From Escherichia coli (GTDB lineage: Bacteria; Pseudomonadota; Gammaproteobacteria; Enterobacterales; Enterobacteriaceae): DNA of 64,000 nt. Numbering within the stretch: the stretch's first letter is position 1; the number at the start of each line of letters is the position of its first letter. Both the position numbers and the translations under genes were made by a program. The notes under the pieces are model-generated. The model made no database searches. It was not told where the DNA came from and saw only the letters and a list, made by a program, of their open reading frames with translations. The DNA is taken from assembly GCF_001677475.2 (NCBI RefSeq), contig NZ_CP015229.1. One strand, 5' to 3'. Positions 41,504 through 49,617 of this stretch are shown here, in pieces.

Positions 41504-41639
41504 AGGCTTTTTTATTTGTGGTAATGGGCGGCTGGTGGGTGTTAGCGGCACCTGTCAGTCATGCTCTTATGTGTTGATGAGAATTTACCTTTTGGGGCTA
41601 TAATTGAGCCAACCAATTGCTAATTAAAGTAAAATTATA

Positions 41640-42353
41640 ATGGCTGTTGTCTGTTCAGTTATCATGGTTTGCTCCCCAATTAATATTTTTCTTGAAAAGG
41701 ATAAGTTGTCACTTAAGCCCGGCTCAGTCGTTCTGGCCACCAAATGCATCAGGGAGCTGTTCCTTATGCATTATGGCAAAGTTAAAATTGTCGATATAAA
41801 CCATTCCATAGTAAGTCAATATCTGGAAAGTCAGCATAAGCTGACGAGGACTCGTCTGACTGACATTCCGCTTTACCTGTTCCTGGAACCCAACAATCCT
41901 GCGTTGGCTGCGGCTTTAATTACCAGCCAGAGATTTTACGGAGATACCACGGATATGTTTCTTATGATGGCCTGCCTGTCGCTGTTTGAATCAGATGAAC
42001 GGATGTCATTATTTTTAAGTGGATGTTTATCCAGTATAAGTGCCAAAGTCAGAGCGATAATTCAAACAGATATATCTGCAAACTGGATGCTCGGTGCGAT
42101 TGCGTTACGCCTGCATATGAGTGAGAGTTTGTTAAAGATAAAACTGAAAAATGAAGGGCATATGTTCAGTCGCTTGTTGCTGGAAGAGCGGATGCGGGTT
42201 GCTGTAAATATGTTATGTTCCCGGGATGGGTATGGACAGACAGTGGCAGAAAAATGCGGTTATTCAAGTAGGTCCTATTTTATCTCTGTATTTCACCGCT
42301 ATTATGGCTTCCCGCCAGACAGATATGTATCTATGCAAGGGCTTGATTTTTGA
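41640..42353 (+). CDS. AraC-family transcriptional regulator (prophage moron; Psr/PatE-like)
   Basis: 237 aa in a low-GC segment. The C-terminal AraC HTH pair reads MSESLLKIKLKNEGHMFSRLLLEERM...AEKCGYSSRSYFISVFHRYYGFPP. Confidence 0.8.
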   Translation: MAVVCSVIMVCSPINIFLEKDKLSLKPGSVVLATKCIRELFLMHYGKVKIVDINHSIVSQYLESQHKLTRTRLTDIPLYLFLEPNNPALAAALITSQRFYGDTTDMFLMMACLSLFESDERMSLFLSGCLSSISAKVRAIIQTDISANWMLGAIALRLHMSESLLKIKLKNEGHMFSRLLLEERMRVAVNMLCSRDGYGQTVAEKCGYSSRSYFISVFHRYYGFPPDRYVSMQGLDF

Positions 42354-42379
42354 TTTCATCTGATTATTATTTTCGGCCC

Positions 42380-42455
42380 GGCCCTTTAGCTCAGTGGTGA
42401 GAGCGAGCGACTCATAATCGCCAGGTCGCTGGTTCAAATCCAGCAAGGGCCACCA
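42380..42455 (+). tRNA. ileZ: tRNA with CAU anticodon (ileZ-type Ile2/Met-like)
   Basis: 76 nt. The acceptor is GGCCCTT/AAGGGCC, the anticodon loop is CTCATAA, the T loop is GGTTCAAATCC, and CCA is encoded. Confidence 0.85.
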
Positions 42456-42460
42456 CCTTA

Positions 42461-42541
42461 CCGCCATTAGCTCATCGGGAAGAGCAAATGACATGATAAC
42501 AGGGTTGTTGGTGCGGGGTTCGAGTCCTCGATGGCGGTCCA
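42461..42541 (+). tRNA. tRNA-like gene with aberrant anticodon arm (possible pseudo-tRNA)
   Basis: 81 nt. The acceptor (CCGCCAT/ATGGCGG), D arm (GCTC..GAGC), T arm (CGGGG-TTCGAGT-CCTCG) and CCA are all good. The anticodon region folds only as a wobble-rich stem with an 11-nt loop. Confidence 0.5.
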
Positions 42542-42554
42542 TTATCTGCATCAT

Positions 42555-42631
42555 GCGTTGTTAGCTCAGTCGGACAGAGCAATTGCCTTCTAAGCAATCG
42601 GTCACTGGTTCGAATCCAGTACAACGCGCCA
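42555..42631 (+). tRNA. argO: tRNA-Arg(UCU)
   Basis: 77 nt. The acceptor is GCGTTGT/ACAACGC, the anticodon loop is CTTCTAA, and CCA is encoded. Confidence 0.88.
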
Positions 42632-42804
42632 TACTTATTTTCCTGGCTCGCTTTTGCGGGCCTTTTTTGTATCCGCGCCACGCCCGGCGCATATCAAAAA
42701 CCACAGAGCCTTTCAGGGGTGAGCTTACGGGATGGTCAGTGTGACTTTCTCTGTGGGCTGGTCACCCCCGGGCGCAGGCTCACCCACTAAAAGGAAAAGT
42801 CACG

Positions 42805-43230
42805 ATGTTTGGTATTTTTAAAAAGAAAACCCGCAAGGCCATTACCGAAGTGAAGAAGATGGAGAACCGCGACGCAGTGGAGGCGACCGTCTGGGGTGCG
42901 TATTCCATTGCATACGCTGACGGCACCTGTGACGCGAAAGAAATCGCAGTGCTGGAGAAAACCATTGCAGCACTTCCTGCCTTTGCGCCGTTCTCCGGTG
43001 AGATTGCACAAATGAGTGCAAATATCCGCGCCCGTTATGAAGCGTCACCGCGTTCTGCCAATGCCGAAGCCCTTCGTCAGCTGGCTGATGTTGCCGGTAC
43101 TGATGATGCAGTTAATGTGCTGTGCCTGTGTCTGGATATCGCTGACCAGGACGGCATTGGCCCGGATGAAGAAGCGCAGCTCAAGAAAATTGCTCAGGCG
43201 CTGCAGTTGCCGCTGGAGCAGTACCTGTGA
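42805..43230 (+). CDS. TerB-like (tellurite-resistance TerB fold) moron protein
   Basis: 141 aa. ADGTCDAKEIAVLEKTI...DQDGIGPDEEAQLKKIAQAL is a duplicated TerB-type helical motif. Confidence 0.6.
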   Translation: MFGIFKKKTRKAITEVKKMENRDAVEATVWGAYSIAYADGTCDAKEIAVLEKTIAALPAFAPFSGEIAQMSANIRARYEASPRSANAEALRQLADVAGTDDAVNVLCLCLDIADQDGIGPDEEAQLKKIAQALQLPLEQYL

Positions 43231-43379
43231 AAAGTGCGCGCCTTGTGCTGGCTGCCATCCTGCTGTTTCTGGTAGTGGTGGTGGATTTTACCGGACGGCT
43301 GATGTCGGTACTGGCAGATGGTGTGCTGGTGGTGATGGTGCTGGTCGTGCTCCGGCCTTTACTGCGCAAATCTGAATAA
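43227..43379 (+). CDS. 50-aa two-TM membrane peptide
   Basis: The GTG overlaps the TerB-like stop. The product is [50 protein letters not shown]. It is below the track cutoff. Confidence 0.4.
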   Translation: MKSARLVLAAILLFLVVVVDFTGRLMSVLADGVLVVMVLVVLRPLLRKSE

Positions 43380-43491
43380 CACCACGCAAAAGGCATCTGC
43401 GGGTGCCTTTGATTGGGTGTTGTTTTTACGGGCCGCTGGTGGCCTTTTTTTGTTTCCATTACACAACGCCCGCATCTGCGAGGTGGGGGTT

Positions 43492-43707
43492 ATGAAATCC
43501 ATGGACAAAATTTCAACGGGCATTGCCTATGGCACCTCCGCAGGCAGTGCTGGCTACTGGTTTTTACAGTGGCTTGATCAGGTCAGTCCGTCACAGTGGG
43601 CTGCGATTGGTGTATTGGGGAGTCTGGTTCTGGGCTTCCTGACTTATCTGACAAATCTGTACTTCAAAATCAGAGAAGACAGAAGAAAGGCTGCGAGAGG
43701 TGAATAA
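43492..43707 (+). CDS. S: phage-21-type pinholin S
   Basis: 71 aa, [36 protein letters not shown]..., recognised as S21 with the dual-start motif MKSM. Confidence 0.9.
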   Translation: MKSMDKISTGIAYGTSAGSAGYWFLQWLDQVSPSQWAAIGVLGSLVLGFLTYLTNLYFKIREDRRKAARGE

Positions 43708-44204
43708 TGCCTCCATCATTACGAAAAGCCGTTGCTGCTGCTATTGGTGGCGGGGCTATTGCTATAGCATCTGTGTTAATCACTGGCCCAGGTGGTAACG
43801 ATGGTCTGGAAGGTGTCAGTTACATACCATACAAAGATATTGTTGGTGTATGGACTGTATGCCACGGACACACCGGAAAAGACATCATGCTCGGTAAAAC
43901 GTATACCGAAGCAGAATGCAAAGCCCTCCTGAATAAAGACCTTTCCACGGTCGCCAGACAAATTAACCCGTACATCAAAGTCGATATACCGGAAACAATG
44001 CGCGGCGCTCTTTACTCGTTCGTTTACAACGTGGGTGCTGGCAATTTCAGAACATCGACTCTTCTTCGCAAAATAAACCAGGGTGATATCAAAGGCGCAT
44101 GTGATCAGCTACGGCGCTGGACATACGCTGGCGGTAAGCAATGGAAAGGGCTGATGACCCGTCGTGATATTGAGCGTGAAGTCTGTTTGTGGGGGCAGCA
44201 ATGA
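43707..44204 (+). CDS. R: SAR endolysin (R21-type lysozyme)
   Basis: 165 aa with the N-terminal SAR domain [16 protein letters not shown] and a T4-lysozyme-like catalytic region. Confidence 0.9.
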   Translation: MPPSLRKAVAAAIGGGAIAIASVLITGPGGNDGLEGVSYIPYKDIVGVWTVCHGHTGKDIMLGKTYTEAECKALLNKDLSTVARQINPYIKVDIPETMRGALYSFVYNVGAGNFRTSTLLRKINQGDIKGACDQLRRWTYAGGKQWKGLMTRRDIEREVCLWGQQ

Positions 44205-44665
44205 GCAGGGTAACCGCGATTATCTCCGCTCTGGTTATCTGCATCATTGTCTGCCTGTCGTGGGCGGTCAATCATTACCGTGATAACGCCATCGCCTACA
44301 AAGAACAGCGTGATAAAAAAGTCAGTGAGCTGAAGCAGGCAATCGCCACCATCGCTGACATGCAGCAGCGTCAGCGTGATGTTGCTGCGCTCGATGCAAA
44401 GTACTCGAGAGAATTAGCCAATGCGAAAGCTGAAAATGAAACTCTGCGCGCTGATGTTGCCGCTGGTCGTCGTCGGTTGCACATCAAAGCAGTCTGTCAG
44501 TCAGTGCGTGAAGCCACCACCGCCTCCGGCGTGGATAATGCAACCAGCCCCCGACTGGCAGACACCGCTGAACGGGATTATTTCACCCTCAGAGAGCGGC
44601 TGATGACGATGCAGATGCAACTGGAAGGGGCACAGGAGTATATCCGCACTCAGTGCATTAAGTAG
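44201..44665 (+). CDS. Rz: i-spanin Rz
   Basis: 154 aa from [17 protein letters not shown], with an N-terminal TM and a coiled coil. Confidence 0.85.
   Translation: MSRVTAIISALVICIIVCLSWAVNHYRDNAIAYKEQRDKKVSELKQAIATIADMQQRQRDVAALDAKYSRELANAKAENETLRADVAAGRRRLHIKAVCQSVREATTASGVDNATSPRLADTAERDYFTLRERLMTMQMQLEGAQEYIRTQCIK
44421..44603 (+). CDS. Rz1: o-spanin Rz1 (embedded in Rz, +1 frame)
   Basis: 60 aa with lipobox LVVVGC and a proline-rich mature part. Confidence 0.8.
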   Translation: MRKLKMKLCALMLPLVVVGCTSKQSVSQCVKPPPPPAWIMQPAPDWQTPLNGIISPSESG

Positions 44666-44707
44666 CCTTTTTATCGTGGTAAACATTTCGCAGGGTATGA
44701 GGTATTT

Positions 44708-45058
44708 ATGCCATCACGAATCCCACGCGCCTGCCGTAAGCGTGGATGTGCAGGTACAACCACAGACAGTTCTGGTTACTGCGATAAACATCGTGGCGAA
44801 GGATGGGTACAGCATCAACGCGGACTGAGCCGCCACCAGCGTGGCTATGGCTCGAAATGGGATGCCATACGTGCGCGCATACTGAAGCGTGATAATCATC
44901 TGTGTCAGAACTGCCTGCGCAATGGGAGAGCCGTTGAAGCCAGAACTGTGGACCACATCATTCCGAAAGCTCATGGTGGCACGGATGCAGACAGTAACCT
45001 GCAGAGTCTGTGCTGGCCCTGTCATAAAGCAAAAACAGCGCGCGAACGCATCAATTGA
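44708..45058 (+). CDS. HNH endonuclease (packaging-associated)
   Basis: 116 aa with DHIIPKAHGG...N...CWPCHKAKT. It lies directly upstream of terS. Confidence 0.85.
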   Translation: MPSRIPRACRKRGCAGTTTDSSGYCDKHRGEGWVQHQRGLSRHQRGYGSKWDAIRARILKRDNHLCQNCLRNGRAVEARTVDHIIPKAHGGTDADSNLQSLCWPCHKAKTARERIN

Positions 45059-45206
45059 TAACAGTTCCCATCTGTAGGGGAGGGGCGGGTCAAATCTCTG
45101 CAACCCTGGCTGCTCAGTACCGCCGCCTGACCCTTCTTCACATCGCCGCAGGTTCGAAAACTTTTTTTTGGAAATGTGAACAAACGATTGATAGGTAAGG
45201 CCGATT

Positions 45207-45689
45207 ATGTCAGGACCTCCGAAAACCCCGCCACGCCTGCATTTGATACGAGGCAACCCCTCAAAGCGCCCCGTTAAAGACCACAAAAAAACCGCTAAAA
45301 AGGATGAAAAAGGTCTTCCTAAAATTCCGCAGCATTTAGGGGCTCAGGGGAAGTACTGGTTCAGGCGAATGGCGGAAGAGCTGAATGCGGAAGGGATCAT
45401 TTCTCAGCTTGATGCGCGTGCACTCGAGTTGCTGGTGGAAGCCTACACCGAATATCGGCATCACTGCGAAACACTCGATGTTGAGGGGTATACCTACCGC
45501 ACGGAAACGCAGAGCGGTGATGTACTGATTAAGGCGCACCCCGCGGCGGCAATGAAAGCGGATGCCTGGAAGCGGATCCGGGCAATGCTTGCAGAGTTTG
45601 GTATGTCACCGGCAAGCCGGGCTAAAGTAAATATCGCCGGACCGGATGATGTTGATCCGCTGGCGGAGCTTTTAAAAGCGAGAGACTGA
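45207..45689 (+). CDS. terS: terminase small subunit (P27-type)
   Basis: 160 aa, upstream of and overlapping the terL start. It is homologous in its C-terminal half to the satellite TerS. Confidence 0.8.
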   Translation: MSGPPKTPPRLHLIRGNPSKRPVKDHKKTAKKDEKGLPKIPQHLGAQGKYWFRRMAEELNAEGIISQLDARALELLVEAYTEYRHHCETLDVEGYTYRTETQSGDVLIKAHPAAAMKADAWKRIRAMLAEFGMSPASRAKVNIAGPDDVDPLAELLKARD

Positions 45690-46716
45690 TGGCAAAAGTG
45701 GCTGACGGGATCCGCTACGCCGAACGTGTTGTTGCAGGAGAAATTGTTGCTGGCGAATTTGTCCGCCTGGCCTGCCAGCGTTTTCTTGATGATCTGAAGT
45801 ACGGCGAAGAGCGGGGGATTTATTTCAGTGAACCCCGTGCGCAGCACATCCTGAATTTCTACAAATTTGTGCCTCATGTAAAAGGGGCGCTGGCAGGCCA
45901 GCCCATTGAGTTGATGGACTGGCATGTATTTATTCTCATTAATATTTTTGGTTTTGTCATTCCGCTGGTCAATGAAGAGACCGGGGAAGTTGTCATGCGC
46001 AGCGATGGCAGTGGACGTCCGGTGATGGTGCGCCGGTTCCGGACGGCGTACAACGAAGTCGCTCGTAAAAACGCAAAATCAACTCTGTCATCGGGTATCG
46101 GCCTGTATATGACGGGGGCAGATGGTGAAGGCGGAGCTGAGGTGTATTCAGCCGCAACCACGCGTGACCAGGCCAGAATCGTGTTTGAAGACGCCAAAAA
46201 TATGGTCAGAAAAGCCCGGTCGACACTCGGGCGGTTGTTTGATTTCAACAAGCTGGCGATTTACCAGGAGCAGAGCGCATCAAAATTTGAACCGCTTTCT
46301 TCGGATGCAAACAACCTAGACGGTCTGAACATCCACTGCGCCATTATTGATGAGCTGCATGCACATAAAACCCGCGACGTGTGGGACGTTCTGGAAACGG
46401 CAACCGGTGCCCGTCTGCAGTCCCTGTTATTTGGTATCACCACGGCGGGCTTTAACAAGGAAGGGATTTGTTACGAGCAACGCGATTACGCCATCAAGGT
46501 ATTGCGAGGCTATAACAGCGACGTGGAGGGCGCGGTAAAAGACGACTCCTACTTTGCGATTATTTACACGCTCGATGAGGGAGATGATCCGTTTGATGAA
46601 ACGGTCTGGCAGAAAGCGAATCCGGGCCTGGGCATCTGTAAACGCTGGGATGATCTGCGTCGTCTGGCGAAAAAAGCGAAGGAGCAGGTCTCGGCGCGGG
46701 TGAATTTTTTCACGAA
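45689..46716 (+). pseudogene. terL: prophage terminase large subunit, 5' (ATPase) fragment, interrupted by satellite
   Basis: The fragment aligns with the satellite TerL up to ...RVNFFTK. The frame then reads 55 unrelated codons of island DNA. Confidence 0.88.
46710..46716. repeat. satellite attL core TCACGAA
   Basis: The same 7-mer occurs at 62119-62125, with 12/14 identity when extended (AATTTTTTCACGAA vs AATATTCTCACGAA). Confidence 0.75.
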
Positions 46717-46845
46717 GAAAGTAACATCACGCCGTAACAACAGTGCAGTCTGTCCTGATTTTTTTAGTAACCAAATGAAAGAAAAAGATTTTTTCTTGTT
46801 CGTCGTTTTTGTTTTTTCTGGATGGTTCTGGCTGTTTTCATCATT

Positions 46846-46868
46846 TGTGTATTGCACTGTGTATTGCA
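46846..46868 (+). repeat. tandem TGTGTATTGCA x2 (putative integrase arm-type sites, left end)
   Basis: Copies lie at 46846-46856 and 46858-46868. A similar pair, GTGTATTGC x2, lies at 62023-62043 with the same 12-nt register. Confidence 0.6.
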
Positions 46869-46887
46869 AAAACGGGTTATAAATCAC

Positions 46888-48111
46888 ATGGCGCTAAACA
46901 AACTGAGCGATAAAAAACTTCGTTCCCTGCTTGGACGCAGGAGTGAGAGACAGGAAACCATCGCTGATGGTAACGGGCTTTCGGTACGGGTCAGTAAATA
47001 CGGATGTGTTAGTTTTGTTTTCTTTTACAGACTGGCGGGAAGGGGAACCGCGCCCATCTGGCTGACACTTGGAAAATATCCTGATCTGAGTCTCAAATCA
47101 GCGAGAGAGATGCGCGATCAGTGTCGAACCTGGCTTGCGGAGGGCAGAGATCCACGGATTCAGATAAAAATTGAACGGGAAGCCACCTTGCAACCTGTTA
47201 CCGTTCGTGAGGCACTTGAATACTGGCTTGATAATTATGCAATGGATAAGCGTAGGGGAGCAGAACATATCAGGCAGTGCTTTGGTAAACATATTTATCC
47301 GGTGATTGGTCATGTACCACTTAGTGATTGCTCTATATCTATGTGGATTAAGTGTTTTGACAAAATAAAAAAAGTAGCACCTGTACAGGCCGGAGCTTTG
47401 TTGCGTATATCAAAACAGGCGCTTAAATTTTGTAGGGTAAGAAAATACGCGATTAGTCATGAAATTGATGATCTTGAGGTCTGTGATGTGGGAAAAAAGT
47501 CTGCGCGAAGAAGCAGGGTTTTAACAGATGATGAAATCAGAGATTTATGGCGAAGTATTAATACTGATTATGACAATCACGAATTATCATATGAAAACCG
47601 AATTATTTTACGTTTCCTGGTAGTTTTTGGTTGCCGACTGTCAGAAGTATTACTGTCGTCCTGGGGAGAGTGGGATTTTGATAAGAAATTATGGCGCGTT
47701 CCCGCTGAACATAGCAAAAATGGCAGGGAAATAATCAGACCGATTCCTGATGGCATGTTTAACTGGTTAGTTACGTTAAAAAAAATAACAGGTAACAAAG
47801 AAAATGTGATTGGGTTTGATATGCGTCAGTGTACGGCAAGCGTAACTATCGGTAAGACATGGAAAAGGATGAAACACTCGGAGAAATGGACGGCGCATGA
47901 TATGCGAAGAGTGTTTGCCACAAAACTAAGTGATCATGGTTTTGAACATAATGTGGTTGAACAGTTGCTTGGGCACACATTAGGCGGTGTTGCCGGGGTT
48001 TATAACAGAAGCCAGTATATGGACAGAAAAAAAGAAGCTATGAACTGGTGGTACGACTATCTGAATAAGCAAATTAGTGGTGACGGTAATGATTCAAATA
48101 GTTACGCGTGA
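46888..48111 (+). CDS. int: P4-type tyrosine integrase of the satellite
   Basis: 407 aa from MALNKLSDKKLRSLLG. The C-terminal catalytic region reads GCRLSEVL...HDMRRVFATKL...LGHTLGGVAGVYNR. Confidence 0.88.
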   Translation: MALNKLSDKKLRSLLGRRSERQETIADGNGLSVRVSKYGCVSFVFFYRLAGRGTAPIWLTLGKYPDLSLKSAREMRDQCRTWLAEGRDPRIQIKIEREATLQPVTVREALEYWLDNYAMDKRRGAEHIRQCFGKHIYPVIGHVPLSDCSISMWIKCFDKIKKVAPVQAGALLRISKQALKFCRVRKYAISHEIDDLEVCDVGKKSARRSRVLTDDEIRDLWRSINTDYDNHELSYENRIILRFLVVFGCRLSEVLLSSWGEWDFDKKLWRVPAEHSKNGREIIRPIPDGMFNWLVTLKKITGNKENVIGFDMRQCTASVTIGKTWKRMKHSEKWTAHDMRRVFATKLSDHGFEHNVVEQLLGHTLGGVAGVYNRSQYMDRKKEAMNWWYDYLNKQISGDGNDSNSYA

Positions 48112-48310
48112 AGAACTTGAAAATGATAAAACAATCGACAGGATGATTAAGGAAGATGAATGTGCATGGTTAACCGCTCTTGGCAGGAGACACAGATCGT
48201 TACTTGAAAAGGAAGGAAAATTTCCACGAAAAATATGTATTGGTCCACAAACAAAAGTCTGGCGCTTATCTGAGGTGCTGGAATGGGTAAAAGGTGAATG
48301 GAAACCCTGA
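48089..48310 (+). CDS. alpA: AlpA-family HTH regulator/excisionase 1
   Basis: RMIKEDECAWLTALGRRHRSLLEKEGKFPRKICIGPQTKVWRLSEVLEWV fits the AlpA pattern. The start is uncertain (48077, 48089 or 48143). Confidence 0.7.
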   Translation: MIQIVTREELENDKTIDRMIKEDECAWLTALGRRHRSLLEKEGKFPRKICIGPQTKVWRLSEVLEWVKGEWKP

Positions 48311-48373
48311 GCTAAATTAAATGAGATATAATCAACCCGTCTTTTGGCGGGTTTTTTTATAGGTGATATTTTT

Positions 48374-48652
48374 ATGCAAAAATTTATTTATCCTACACCC
48401 GAAGAACGCATTCAGATTCTGAAAGATCATGGCGAACCGTATGATCGCCGTATACGCGAACATGAGTGTGCCAATCGTACCGGGCTTTCAAGAAGCAGAC
48501 GTTGGGTACTTGAACAGGAGGGAGCATTTCCTGCTCGTGCTCATTTAGGGAAAGTGTCTGTTTCCTGGTTGCTCTCTGATGTGCTCTGGTGGGTTATGCA
48601 TCCGCCAGGAGTAAAGGAAGTAAACAGCCCATACAAAAACGCCAATAAGTAA
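48374..48652 (+). CDS. AlpA-family HTH regulator 2
   Basis: 92 aa with IREHECANRTGLSRSRRWVLEQEGAFPARAHLGKVSVSWLLSDVLWWV. Confidence 0.7.
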   Translation: MQKFIYPTPEERIQILKDHGEPYDRRIREHECANRTGLSRSRRWVLEQEGAFPARAHLGKVSVSWLLSDVLWWVMHPPGVKEVNSPYKNANK

Positions 48653-48662
48653 TTACCGACAA

Positions 48663-48690
48663 CCCCGCACCACGCAATGCGGGGTTTTTT
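48663..48690 (+). terminator. rho-independent terminator
   Basis: CCCCGCA-CCACGCAA-TGCGGGG-T6. Confidence 0.8.
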
Positions 48691-48709
48691 GTATGTGAGG
48701 TAGAAAGTG

Positions 48710-49303
48710 ATGAATAAAAATATTGCCGTGACGGGCAAGGGTGACGCACGTCATGTGAAAAAATTCTGTGATATTCGTGATCTGGTCGTTCTGCGCTTTG
48801 ATAGTGTGAACGTTCGCGTGGTGTATCTGAACGGCGATCCGTGGTTTGTTGGCGCTGATGTGTGTGCGGCGCTGGAAATTAGCAACGTTACCGATGCTGT
48901 TTCAGTTCTGGATAACGATGAGGTAATGACCCTAGCTTTAACCGAGGGTCATTCAGGTAAGCGTGGTGGTGCCAGAAGTTGGAATGTTGTATCAGAATCA
49001 GGTTTTTACAAGTTGATCGCCAGAAGTCGCAAAGCTGTTAATCCTGGCACGTTCGCCCATCGTTTCAGTAATTGGGTATTCAGAAATGTGATACCGGGTA
49101 TCAGAAAAACGGGGGCTTATGGTATCCCGTGGGGCGCATTACAGGATTTTTCCCGCCGCAAAGAGCAATATCAGGTAAGTGCCAGCGAGAAGGGGAGGGA
49201 GCTACAGGCATGTAAGCGCAAAAAGCGTGAGCTAGAGGAAGAAGAAAAAAGGCTGATACGTGAATATCAGCCTGAGTTTTACTTTGGTGAGCGTATTCAG
49301 TAA
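48710..49303 (+). CDS. BRO-N domain (antirepressor-like) protein
   Basis: 197 aa with VRVVYLNGDPWFVGADVCAALEISN...SESGFYKLIARSRKA...FSNWVFRNVIPGIRKTGAY. Confidence 0.75.
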   Translation: MNKNIAVTGKGDARHVKKFCDIRDLVVLRFDSVNVRVVYLNGDPWFVGADVCAALEISNVTDAVSVLDNDEVMTLALTEGHSGKRGGARSWNVVSESGFYKLIARSRKAVNPGTFAHRFSNWVFRNVIPGIRKTGAYGIPWGALQDFSRRKEQYQVSASEKGRELQACKRKKRELEEEEKRLIREYQPEFYFGERIQ

Positions 49304-49461
49304 CCACACGCGGTGCTGATTATACGGTACATCGTGTTAACCGAGAAGCTACCCACCAGCAAGGCAAAATCTTCTGCTAAAAAATGACATATGGCCAGTC
49401 GTCTGGAAAGCATGAAATTTTACAAAAATGGAAAATGAAGATTTTTATTGTGCTGGTGGGT

Positions 49462-49492
49462 AAAAACAAAAAGCGCCCCGTTGCCGGAGCGC
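49462..49492 (-). terminator. minus-strand rho-independent terminator
   Basis: The minus strand reads GCGCTCCG-GCAA-CGGGGCGC followed by TTTTTGTTTTT. Confidence 0.75.
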
Positions 49493-49588
49493 CCTTGCGA
49501 ACAATTAACCTACTGCGCAAAAAAATGAATCTGTGCAGGGGGATTATATCAACCGTGTGACGAAGCGCCACAATTGCCGGATAACAGG

Positions 49589-49617
49589 CAAAGAAAAGGC
49601 CACCCGCTACGGTGGCC
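49589..49617 (-). terminator. minus-strand terminator/attenuator
   Basis: The minus strand reads GGCCACC-GTAGCG-GGTGGCC followed by TTTTCTTTG. Confidence 0.6.

Noticed and set aside
42264-42681. Minus-strand ORFs of 96 and 69 aa.
   Set aside because: They overlap the three tRNA genes. Their open frames are a by-product of tRNA sequence.
42632-43491. Shiga-toxin or other toxin genes downstream of the tRNA trio.
   Set aside because: I looked for an A/B-subunit gene pair in the Q-tRNA-holin interval. Only the TerB-like gene and a small membrane ORF are present.
44714-45286. A 190-aa minus-strand ORF.
   Set aside because: It is antisense to the HNH gene and the cos-region spacer. It has no motif support.
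46564-46887. A 107-aa minus-strand ORF, and the minus-strand ORF at 62052-62312.
   Set aside because: Both cross the satellite/prophage junctions, so they are chimeric by construction. They have no RBS.
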